DNA of 14,823 nucleotides from Paraspadella gotoi. Lineage: Eukaryota > Animalia > Chaetognatha. This document shows positions 1 to 8,965 of the stretch, one piece after another. The first letter of the stretch is position 1; the number at the start of each line of letters is the position of its first letter. The stretch is from contig JBJCIZ010000802.1 of NCBI GenBank assembly GCA_051294375.1, positions 1-14,823 of the forward strand. Reading direction: 5' to 3'. Position numbers and translations under genes: made by a program. Below the pieces are notes generated by a model. It made no database searches, was not told the DNA's origin, and was given only the letters and a program-made list of their open reading frames with translations.

Positions 1-626
1 AAAGAGAAGAGATCGCATTTATGTAGTAAAAAACCAAATTTAAAATAAATTTTACAATTTACTGCAGTAAGGCCATTTTTACTCACTAGTACTCGAATCG
101 CAATAAATGTTAAACATTTCAAAACAGTTTTTTTAAAAAAGATTTTTTTGCAATAATGATTGTAGATTCGGTCATAAAATGTTGATTTAAAAGAAATATA
201 ACTCTTTTGTTAAAAAATTATTTCATTAAGTGGGTCAAAAATTAAGAAAAACGGCTATATTTTAAAGCCCTGAAAATTTCATTTTTTAACTACTATTACA
301 ATTATAATTTTTTTAATTTTTAACCCACTTAATGAAAGTAATTTTTTAAAAATTATTTATCATTTTCTTTTATCAACTTTTGACGAGGACAATTTAAATG
401 CTGCAATCAAAAGTTACAGAAAAGCCTATTTTGATTTTTCTTGATTTTCATTAAGGACTGGTACTATATATAAATATAGCCTTACTGCGAATAATTAAAA
501 AACCTAAAATTAATATTTTTTCACAAATTAATGGTTTACTGATGGTTATGTTGTTCATCCAATTGCACATTTAGAATTTTTCGTATTGTATTTTTTGGTC
601 CTGCGTCAACTTTCAACTACGCCTTA
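1..626. mobile_element. hAT-type foldback MITE A (left end lies outside the window)
   Basis: Long imperfect palindrome centred ~277: TTTCATTAAGTGGGT 221-235 is the exact reverse complement of 323-337, and GCAGTAAGGC 64-73 pairs with 479-488. It ends TTTCAACTACGCCTTA (611-626), similar to the MITE B end TTTTCAACGCCCTA, and is followed by ATATGCAG. Its interior resembles MITE B (central GCTATA(A)TTTTAA(A/G)GCC, TATCAACTTTT). Confidence 0.7.
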
Positions 627-634
627 ATATGCAG

Positions 635-1687
635 TAGATGCTGTTGGGGAAACAATACAAACTATAACAATATCAAGTGAGGTAGCATGCTATTTTAGTG
701 TAATGTAGTCTGTAGAACTTCGATGTGTGATGACGGCAATTTTTTCTGTATAATTTTATCTTTCTTGTCGGAATGTACTATAAAGGTTGTTATAAAATAG
801 CAACACCGATTATAAGTTATAAATAAATCAAATTATTAAATATTTATACTAAATTTATATATGAGATTTTGAAAATAAATAAAAATAATGACTTTAAAAT
901 ATTTTCGTAAGTTTATTCTTTTAAATTTTTTCATGTTTTATAGACAAAGTTAGTTAAGCTATATTTATTAACAAAACAATATTATAAAGTAAAAATTAGG
1001 GCTAAAGTTAAAAAATGAATAATTTCATAAAAATTTTCTTTCATTGGATTTCGGATTCTTTGCAAAAAGGTTGATACAAAGAAAATATAAAATTTTTATA
1101 ATGCAAAATTATATCATCAAGCTTGGTCAAAATTCTGAAAAAGCTATAATTTTAAGGCCAAAAATCTGAAAAATTTAAACAAAAAATAATAGTTTTTGAT
1201 ATTTTAAGCCCTATTTATGAAAAGAATTTTTTTAAAATGAATTATACTTTTCTTATATCAACTTTTTGTAAGGAATTCAAAATTCCGGTTTTAAAATTTA
1301 ATTTTTTTATTTTTTCCACTTTAGCGTCTATTTTTTTATTAATTATTTATTAATAAATATAGCTTACAAAGCTATTAACTAAAAATATAAAATTCTGTAA
1401 ATAAACTAAACAACAAAATATTTAATATGGGTCTTTTATTTTCATATTATGTAAGTCTTAATTAATTGGGCTTTTATAAAATCTTAATAATTTGAGTTTC
1501 TTATACTCTACAATGTTTTTTACATTTTAATAGCACCTTATTTGCTACAAAAATCGCCATTTCCGACAAAGAAGATGATACTATACAAAAAAATGGTTAT
1601 CATCATCGAATTCTACAGACTTTATTACACTAAAATAGCTATGTACCTCACTTGATTTGTTATATTTCGTTGTTTTTCAACGCCCTA
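635..1687. mobile_element. hAT-type foldback MITE B (1053 bp, non-autonomous) with 8-bp TSD ATATGCAG
   Basis: ~130-bp imperfect TIRs (635-773 vs reverse complement of 1561-1687) with termini TAG...CGCCCTA. ATATGCAG lies directly on both sides (627-634, 1688-1695). The inverted symmetry continues inward (TAAGCTATATTTATTA ~956 vs TAATAAATATAGCTTA 1351-1366; ~1055-1090 vs ~1242-1277). No ORF. An 8-bp TSD is the established hAT hallmark. Confidence 0.85.
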
Positions 1688-1695
1688 ATATGCAG

Positions 1696-2381
1696 GATGT
1701 ATTAATAAATCAAATAATTAATCAGTTAATTAATCAATTAGTCAATTAATTAATCACTAATTAATTAATCAGTCAATCAATCCGTCCATCCGTCCCACCT
1801 TAGCAAAAAGCCCCAATAACTCGTGATTGGCTGGTTGGATCGGAATGAAATTTTGTGTATGAGTAGGAACATGTGTGATGAAGCTGGATATAAAGTTTCG
1901 ACGGAATCGTGTGAGTGGATATGAGTTTAAATGGAAAAAACATAAGTCGCATTTACTAAAATCTTTTTACTTATTTTAACCAATAAATACTCTAATTTAT
2001 CATAATTGAATGGATAGATTGAGTTCAAATTTTGTGTGTAGGTAGGAAAATGTGTGACAAAGATTGATATAAAGTTTCGGTACGAGTATAAATGAGTTTA
2101 AATGAAAAAAAATTTTAACCCATAATAGATTGAGATGAAATTTTGTGAGCGGGAAGGAAAGTGTGTGAAGAAGCTTTGACGGAATTGTGCCAGTGGAAAT
2201 GAGTTTAAATGGAAAAAATATAAGTCACATTTACTTTATTTTAAGGACATCGATGATGATAAGCTGTATATAAATTTATAATTAATTATTAAATAATAAA
2301 ATTAATTAATTAATTAATTGATTAATTAAATAATTAATTAATTTTCTTAGGCAGATCCGACATTGTTTGCTCAAACTTGTT
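1696..2381 (+). mobile_element. HINE/DINE-1-like (Helentron-associated) element family H1, copy 1, 3' part
   Basis: Three ~120-170 bp tandem units (GAAATTTTGTGTG..GGTAGGAAA..GAGTTTAAATGGAAAAA), then 3' subTIR GCAGATCCGAC (2351-2361, exact reverse complement of 7855-7865), stem-loop GTTTG-CT-CAAAC (2365-2376) and TTGTT end. 1688-2105 is colinear with 9148-9575. Confidence 0.75.
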
Positions 2382-2582
2382 TAAATATTTTTATGTCAAA
2401 AATAAGAAAAACTGTAAAAATCATCATCATCCTTAGATGACTTTTTCAGTTTTTTTATATTTTCACTTAGAAAACGTAAAAATTTTTAAAAGCTATAATT
2501 ATATTTCTTGTTTAACTTTTTATGCCTTATCAGAATCCATCCAAAATTTTAGGATTTCCCGAAAAAAATTTTCAACTCCCTA
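2382..2582. mobile_element. Right-end fragment of another hAT-type MITE
   Basis: Ends TTTTCAACTCCCTA (2569-2582), 13/14 identical to the MITE B terminus TTTTCAACGCCCTA (1674-1687). Contains AAAAGCTATAATT (~2488), like the MITE B centre. Confidence 0.45.
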
Positions 2583-2611
2583 TGATATCACACTTTCAAT
2601 AACCATGATGA

Positions 2612-2710
2612 TAAAAAAGCGTGACGCCGATGACAACGACGTCACAAAGAAGCCTAGCCTTCGCTCTACATCGCCAAGACGGGCTTTGCCCCCTCTGACG
2701 AGATAATAAA
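2612..2710 (-). mobile_element. 5' end fragment of a third HINE-like family (H3) related to H2
   Basis: AGCGTGACG-(GAC-like repeats)-ACGTCACAAAGAAGC is shared with 5458-5506 and also ends GATAATAA, but it carries a different imperfect hairpin (TCGCCAAGA-CGGGC-TTT-GCCC-CCTCTGACGA). Confidence 0.55.
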
Positions 2711-2774
2711 TGATCAACTTTCAAAACGTAAAACATAAAAAAAAATCTTAAAAGCATAAGGATCAAGCCATGAT

Positions 2775-2818
2775 NNNNNNNNNNNNNNNNNNNNNNNNNN
2801 NNNNNNNNNNNNNNNNNN
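2775..2818. other. Assembly gap (44 N)
   Basis: Run of N. Confidence 1.
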
Positions 2819-3028
2819 CCAAATATTAATGCGATGATAACTAAATATTGATGCGATGATAACCAATAATTTGATTGCGATGATAATAAAATAACTGATG
2901 TGATGATAATCAAATGATTGATGCGATGATAGTCATTCATTGATGTGATGATAATCATTCATTGATAAGATGATAATCATTCATTGATGCGATGATAGTC
3001 ATTCATTGACGCGATGAGTCATTCATCG
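2819..3028. repeat. ~22-bp minisatellite (TCATTCATTGATGCGATGATAA-like), ~9 units, inside H2
   Basis: Directly visible tandem units of 20-24 bp; noisier copy at ~9819-10035. Confidence 0.9.
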
Positions 3029-3058
3029 TAAATAAAACAAACAAATGCGTGTATGAAT

Positions 3059-3059
<1 letters not shown>

Positions 3060-3089
<30 letters not shown>

Positions 3090-4202
3090 TGAGAGAGGCT
3101 GGTCAGTTTTCACTCTCGTTTATATAAAGAATAATCAAAATTTTTCGTATTGAGAAAAAAGCGCAGAATAAAATGGCGGAATAAATAGAAAGAAAAAAGA
3201 GAGAGAGGACGAGAGAGAGAGAGAGAGAAAGAAAAAAGAGAGAGAAGCTGGACCGCCCTGCAAGCTGAACTCGTTTTTCGACGTATCTGAGTAGGGACGA
3301 ACTCTTTTCCTTTCTAATATTTTTTTTACTTATCAAAAAAATTTTATGTCCTCATCTTAAAAAAGTTTTAATCTTGAAGTGAAATTTTAGATTGTTCTTT
3401 TTTTTTAAGAAGAAACCAGACCGAGGTCAAATTTCATATTTGCATATTTAACTAATTTATAAATATTTATCCCAACTCAAATAATTATTATTTTAAAAAA
3501 GAATAAAAATGATTGAATATATACACTAAAAAAAATTTACAATTTTAAAATTTTTAAAAATTGTTAGAATAACCAAAAAAAGTAATGTTTAATTTGACAA
3601 TATCTCTCTTCTCAACTCCTATTTTAGATATAATTTGCCAATAGTGGGCCGACCGGTCCAAAGTCTACGTAATTAAACAAAACAAAAAAATTTTTTTTGT
3701 TAGAAAGTTATATATGCAATTAAATTAATCCGCGCAATTGCCGGACATATAGCAGCTATATGTACAGCGCAAGCTGATGTACATGTGACATTGCCTGCAT
3801 TTTTTTCTAAAATGAATCCATGAAAATCTCGGATGTATATTTGGTATTTTGTATAGAGAAAAAAAATAAATGGCGATAATAAAAGTTTTAGAAGGAAAAA
3901 AATAATAAGAATTTTTCAAAAAACGAACGATCGTACATTGAGAGAGACAGAGAGAGAGAGAGAGAGGGAGAAGAGAGAGAGAGAGAGAGAGAAAAAGCCG
4001 AACAGAGCCGGAACTCGTTTACTCGTTTACTCGTCGCCTGGTGAAAAAAAAAGTGACTAAAAAATTTTTTTTTTTAAAAAAAGAGAGAGAGAGATAGAGA
4101 GAGCGGAACTCGTTTAATGACGGAGGTGAAAAAAGGTGACTAAAAATTATTTTTGTACAAAAAAAAGAGATAGAAAGAGAGAAGAGAGAGAGAGACAGAT
4201 AG

Positions 4203-4234
<32 letters not shown>

Positions 4235-4673
4235 CCGGAACTCGTTTACTCGTTTACAAGTGAATAAATTTTTTTTTGTAAAAAAAAAAAAAGAGAGAGA
4301 GAGAGAGAGAGAAGAGAGAAAGTTTTCCCGCAACGATACGCAATATTAGGTCACTCTTGTTTATATCGCGTGATCTCGGTCAAGTTGATTTTTTTTATAC
4401 ACGTAACGTTCCGTTGCATCAAAACGCGTTATTAGGTCATGTTCCTCGACATTGTTTACTCGTTGCCCGCAACGGCCACGAAATCCAGGTCAAGTAAGTT
4501 ATTCTTCACATTTTCTCAAAAAAATCCACGAAAATCTCAGATGTAAATTTGGGATTTTGTATTGAGAAAGAAGCGCGGAATAAATGGCGATAATAAAAGT
4601 TTTTAGAAGGAAAGAAATAATAAGAATTTTCAAAAAACGGTGGTAAAACAAAGTGAATAATTTTTTTTTTGGT

Positions 4674-4710
<37 letters not shown>

Positions 4711-4900
4711 GGAGGAGAGAAGGAGGGAGAGAGAGAGAGAGAGCCTGAACTCGTTTTTTTTAAAAGATTCAGAAAAGGCCGCGCCTGATCAAATATATAT
4801 GTTTTTTAGAAGAAAAAAATAATCAGAATTTTTCAAAAAACGAACGATCACGCAAGAGATCGCACACAAAGAGAGACAGAGAGAAACTGAACTCGTTTTT
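3060..4900. repeat. Compound (GA)n microsatellite modules tagged by GCC(G/T)GAACTCGTTT, plus a ~120-bp internal duplication (~3805-3925 / ~4515-4640)
   Basis: (GA)n tracts at ~3062, 3200, 3940, 4083, 4170, 4292, 4680. The motif GAACTCGTTT recurs at ~3267, 4011, 4106, 4238, 4747, 4889. Same layout at 10070-11990. Confidence 0.9.
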
Positions 4901-5998
4901 AAACGATTCAGAAAAGGAGCGCCTAAAAAAATATATATATAATTAAAAAATAAATAAAGAAAGGCAAAAAATGTTACAATGGTTTACAATTGGAAACTTT
5001 TCCAATTTTTTCAATCGCAGCTTGTAAAAGATTTTATTTTTATTTGTATTAAAATTAAGATATAGCTTCTCATTAAAAAAATCCTTTGAGTTCCCATTTT
5101 TATTAGAAATTTTAAAAAATTTTTTGAATTTCATCTTCAATATTATATACTGCAATATGTAAATTAGCTTAAAGCATTTCTATATACTAATTTGGATATT
5201 ATAATCAGTACTATAATCTCATTTGCATATTGCAGTAAATCATAATGAAGTGGAAATTCAAACAAAAATACTTAAATCCAAATGTAATAAGAAAATATCA
5301 AAGCTATTTCAAGTTGAGAAGCCATATCTAATTTGTTAACTTACTATGATCGCACACTTTTGTAAAACTTTAGAATAATTCATAATAATTTTTATTTAAA
5401 AAAAAACGGTAAGTCACAGCCAAACCTATAAAAGCGTAGTAGTTTTTATTTAAAAACAGCGTGACGGCCGACGACGACGACGACGACGACTACGTCACAA
5501 AGAAGCTCACCCAATCAATATCAAGCCTGAACCGGCTTCGCCGGTCATGGCTTGATAATAATCTATAAAACACTCTTATCTGTTCCCACAACCCCTCCCA
5601 CAGCTCCCTCCCCCACCGACTCATCATCATCTTTTTATCCCATATTCTCCATCTAAATGCACTCTCCCTCCCGATCTGCAAGATTTTATTTAATATAAGT
5701 CAAGGAATCATTTCCATAAAGGACACAACGGAATCTTTACGCAAGGGAGGCAGAATAATATTTTATATTTGATATTTTTAGGCATTGATCCCCACTCTCA
5801 TTCAATATTTATTTAAAAAATAGGTTCTTTAAAAAAAGTAGCTTGAGTACTATGAAAAAATTTTAAAAAGGCTGCTGTTTGACCTATCCATAATATTTTA
5901 AAACGACTTTACTTTAAGGGTAATTTATCAATATTTTAAATATTTTAATTAATGGATGTTCTTACAACTGACTTTGACTGAATAATTATTCTATTTAG

Positions 5999-6593
5999 TT
6001 CCAAAAAAAACAGTGTAAACTGCTTACCATGTGAAGCAGGAACGTTTTCAAAAGTTAAAGGAAGTTCAACATGCACTTCCTGCCCGAAAGGTTATCATCT
6101 ATCAAAAAAAAAACAATCCACCTGCCTAATATGTAAAGCTGGAACTTACTCTAAAGCGGGAGCCAAAAAATGTATAGCATGTGGAGTAGGAGAATTTCAA
6201 AACAGAACTGGACAATCATCCTGTTTACCATGTCAACCTGGATATTATGCAAGAGGTGAAAAAAATATTCACTGTAAAGTTTGTCCTAAAAATACATACC
6301 AAAGCAAATCAAAACAAGATAAATGCTTACCTTGTTCAAAAATTTCGAGAAGCCAACCAGGTAGTACCGTCTGTAATGGTTGTTTTCCAGGATATGAAAT
6401 TGGTCGGGTAATTTTTACTGGAAAAGCCAGAAGTGGTTATGGGGGTAGTAATAGTGAATGTGTATTTACAAATAAAAATTGTCGTAATTATAGCACTGGT
6501 TTGCCTAATAATGATTTAAATCGAGTTGGTGAAGATACAGAAATACTGACAAGGTTTAGTGAGCATAAAATTAACCAGATCACAAAAAAATGA
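5999..6593 (+). CDS. Probable terminal exon of an extracellular cysteine-rich repeat protein (Ephrin-receptor-like / GCC2-GCC3 / TNFR-like CxxCxxG repeats)
   Basis: Stop-free frame from 5982 to TGA at 6591-6593, with no in-frame ATG. Translation SKKNSVNCLPCEAGTFSKVKGSSTCTSCPKGYHLSKKKQSTCLICKAGTYSKAGAKKCIACGVGEFQNRTGQSSCLPCQPGYYARGEKNIHCKVCPKNTYQSKSKQDKCLPCSKISRSQPGSTVCNGCFPGYEIG...QITKK* has 8 CxxC motifs at ~16-17 aa spacing. Candidate acceptor TTTAG ends at 5998 with a CTGAC branch-like motif at ~5968. The 5' boundary is inferred. Confidence 0.85.
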
Positions 6594-6897
6594 AATACTA
6601 TTCTATATCTATATTATAAAATTTGTAAATTAATTTCTTTTTAATAGTTAATTAAAACTCAGATCTGAAAAAAATTTTGTACTTTTGTTTGTAAATAATT
6701 TACTACTTTTTGAGCAATGCAAATTTTTTCAATCGCTCCTCTGGCGTCTTATGCTTAGCAAGTACTCTCTTAATTATTTTATTAATTTGATTTTGATTAA
6801 ATATTGATTTGTATTTATTTAAACTCTACTTACAGGAATGGTCCAGCTTTTTTTATTCCATGATTGAAATCCATTGATACAAACAAAATTAATTACT

Positions 6898-6960
6898 TGT
6901 ATTATATGTATTATTGTTATTATATTATTATTATTATTATTATTATATTATATATATTAA
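6898..6960. repeat. (TAT)n / AT low-complexity microsatellite
   Basis: TATTATTATTAT... tract. Confidence 0.85.
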
Positions 6961-6982
6961 TGATATTTAACCTATAAATAAA

Positions 6983-6992
6983 NNNNNNNNNN
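6983..6992. other. Assembly gap (10 N)
   Basis: Run of N. Confidence 1.
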
Positions 6993-7620
6993 ATTCTGCC
7001 ATTTGATAGAAAAATAAATAACCTTTTTGAAAAGCCCAACACATTACCTAAAATGGTTGAAAACATTCACAAAATGCTTCCCTAACATGTTAGGACAAAC
7101 TCAGAATCACTAAAATATATTCTTCTGGGATCAAATGACTGTCCAAGAATTGATGACGGAGCCTGGCACGCTCATCCAGAAATAGTTTTACTCACTCTCT
7201 TGTCTAGTTCGGATGCGGACGAGAGAGAGTTTGCGGTGAAGAAAATTTGTGAGATACGTGGAAATAGTGAGTTTGGGGACAAAAGTATTCGAGAGTTTCG
7301 CATTCCTCGCCTAAAATTGGTCTGCAAAAAATCTCCAAGAAATGATTTTCTGAGCCAATACTTACCGCAGAATTTTCAAAAACAGAACTTCATATGTTTT
7401 TAAAAAAACCTTTTGAAATAGGTCACATACCCTGCCACACTCAAAGTGTGGAAAGGTTAGTTAAAGAGGTTACTGTTGCGTCATTTCAAGGTTTCGGAGA
7501 AGAGAGACGCGATGTTATGTTTTTGCTCGTTGCCATGCACGTAAGCTTGTCCCAAACCTTGACAATAAAGCTGAATTTCTTGAATGTGTTGATTCATTAT
7601 TTGTTATTGGTGTTTATTAA
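6993..7620 (+). pseudogene. Frameshifted C-terminal part of a divergent hAT-like (possibly hATm-type) DNA transposase
   Basis: Joining frames gives ...IDDGAWHAHPEIVLLTLLSSSDADEREFAVKKICEIRG..IREFRIPRL / NWSAKNLQEMIF / EPILTAEFSKTELHMFLKKPFEIGHIPCHTQSVERLVKEVTVASFQGFGEERRD / YVFARCHARKLVPNLDNKAEF...*. The motifs AHPExxLL, FxxPxLN, EPxLT and PCHTQxVERxVKxVTxAS match, from memory, an invertebrate hAT-like transposase clade. At least 3 frameshifts; the 5' part is cut by the gap. Explains track ORFs 7200-7403 and 7394-7624. Confidence 0.75.
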
Positions 7621-7848
7621 ATAGAACCAGTTTCCTTATTATCCTGGGTTGTTTAATAAATTTTACTTTAAAAAATTGTTATTTTATTTTAAAAAACTCA
7701 TTATTATAATTTTTGTAAAATATGAATCGGTGCATTTTGATTGTTTTAAAATCAAAAAATTCGACAAAGAAGATGTGTTAGAAACATTTCAATATCACAT
7801 AAATTCTGCAGACCGTATTACACCAAAATAGCTATGTACCTAGTCAGA
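6993..7848 (+). mobile_element. Right part of a transposase-bearing hAT-like element; terminal repeat interrupted by H1
   Basis: CGACAAAGAAGATG (7762-7775 = 1564-1577) and AAAATAGCTATGTACCT (7825-7841 = 1632-1648) match the MITE B right TIR in order and spacing. The similarity stops at the H1 start. Confidence 0.7.
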
Positions 7849-8524
7849 TTTTTAGTCGGATCTGCTTTCAGCAGATCCCTCTATGATTCACTTTGTCGGT
7901 CCTCGTCGCCCCCTCAATATTGTCGGGCACACACTTATATCATGTCAGAATATCGAATTATGCAAAAAAAATTATTCCGTCCGTCCGTCCGTCCGTCCGT
8001 CGTCCGTCGTCCATCAATGCCAAATTCTCGTGATTGGATGGATGGATTGGTATGAATTTTGTGTGTAGGTAGGAAACTGTGTGATTGAGATGGAGTATGA
8101 AGTTTTGAGGAATCGTGCGAGTGGAAATTGGTTTAAATGGAAAAAACAAAAAAATATATTTCACTATTTGAACGCCAATTGCTCATGAGTGGATAGGGCA
8201 ATTGACTTGAAATTTTGTATGATGGTAGAAAAGTGTGGATTGAGCTGATATAAAGTTTCGATGGAATCGTGGCGAGTGGAAATGAGTTAAAATGGAAAAA
8301 ACAAAAGTCATATTTACTTGAAGTATTTTTATTTAAATTTACTCATAATTATAAAATTGGATAGATAAACGCGAAATTGAATTTTGTGTGTGGGCAGGAA
8401 GTATGTGATAAAGCTGGATATAAATTTTTTGATGGAATCGTAGGAGTGGAAAATAGTTCAAATTAGAAAACCAAAAGACACATTTATTTGAATTTTTTTA
8501 AAGTTTCTCTTCTCTATCTCTCTC

Positions 8525-8538
8525 TGATTGATTGATTG

Positions 8539-8586
<48 letters not shown>

Positions 8587-8601
8587 AATTGATTGATTGA
8601 T
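8525..8601. repeat. (GATT)n tetranucleotide microsatellite
   Basis: About 19 GATT units with few interruptions. Confidence 0.95.
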
Positions 8602-8602
8602 A

Positions 8603-8965
8603 GACCAAATTATGCCAATTGACAAAAAATATGCCAATTGACAAAAATATGCCAGTATGACCAAATTCTTAAAGTTGACCAATTATGCCAGTTGACCAAA
8701 TTCTGCAAGTTGATCAGTTCTGCAAGTTGACCAAAATTATGCTGTTGACCAAATTATGGCAGTTGACCAATTAGGCCAGTTGATAAAATTATGCCATTGA
8801 CCATTTTATGCCGGTAGACCAAATTTATCTTAATTGATAAAATTATGTAGTTGACCAAATTTATGTCAGTTGGACCAAATTAATGTCAGTAGACAAATTA
8901 TGTCAGTTACCAAATTATGTCAGTTGACCAAATTATGCAAGTTGATTAAATTATGCAAGTTGAAA
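8603..8965. repeat. 18-bp minisatellite (GACCAAATTATGCCAGTT consensus), ~20 units, inside H1
   Basis: Head-to-tail degenerate units with no unique spacers. Confidence 0.92.

Larger units (their letters stand above)
2744..5560 (-). mobile_element. HINE/DINE-1-like element family H2, copy 1 (~2.8 kb, GA-microsatellite rich)
   Basis: Perfect 12-bp subterminal inverted repeats ATCAAGCCATGA (2762-2773) / TCATGGCTTGAT (5545-5556). A GC-rich hairpin AAGCC-TGA-ACCGGC-TTC-GCCGGT-CATGGCTT (5523-5553) overlaps one subTIR, with (GAC)7 at 5470-5490. A small stem-loop CTTA-AAAGCA-TAAG (2747-2760) lies outside the other subTIR, next to an A run. A second copy with different flanks is at 9579-12660. Confidence 0.8.

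Noticed and set aside
5523-5553. Hairpins here and at 7858-7878 as intrinsic terminators or canonical Helitron CTAG ends
   Set aside because: No adjacent gene end and no CTRR terminus; each overlaps a subTIR, which fits HINE 5' structure better.
2437-5681. Track ORFs (2437, 2596, 3103, 3725, 4019, 4943, 5490) as genes
   Set aside because: They are translations of micro/minisatellites, A/T tracts or TE ends (SLSL, FFF, IIIT runs), one spans the N-gap, and they are not preserved as intact ORFs between H2 copies.
5780-5919. Upstream exon spliced via a 79-nt intron (5920-5998) to the Cys-rich exon
   Set aside because: The required frame has TAA at 5915-5917. A TAA-reassigned (ciliate-type) code is unsupported because the 200-codon exon contains no in-frame TAA/TAG.
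7907-7924. CGCCCCCTCA-ATAT as the right terminus of the transposase element
   Set aside because: Only a loose match to CGCCCTA, too far from the subterminal motifs, and it lies inside the H1 5' core.
8603-8965. CRISPR-like array (also 2819-3028 and the GAACTCGTTT modules)
   Set aside because: Units are degenerate and contiguous or separated by microsatellites, with no unique equal-length spacers and no cas genes, in a eukaryotic context.
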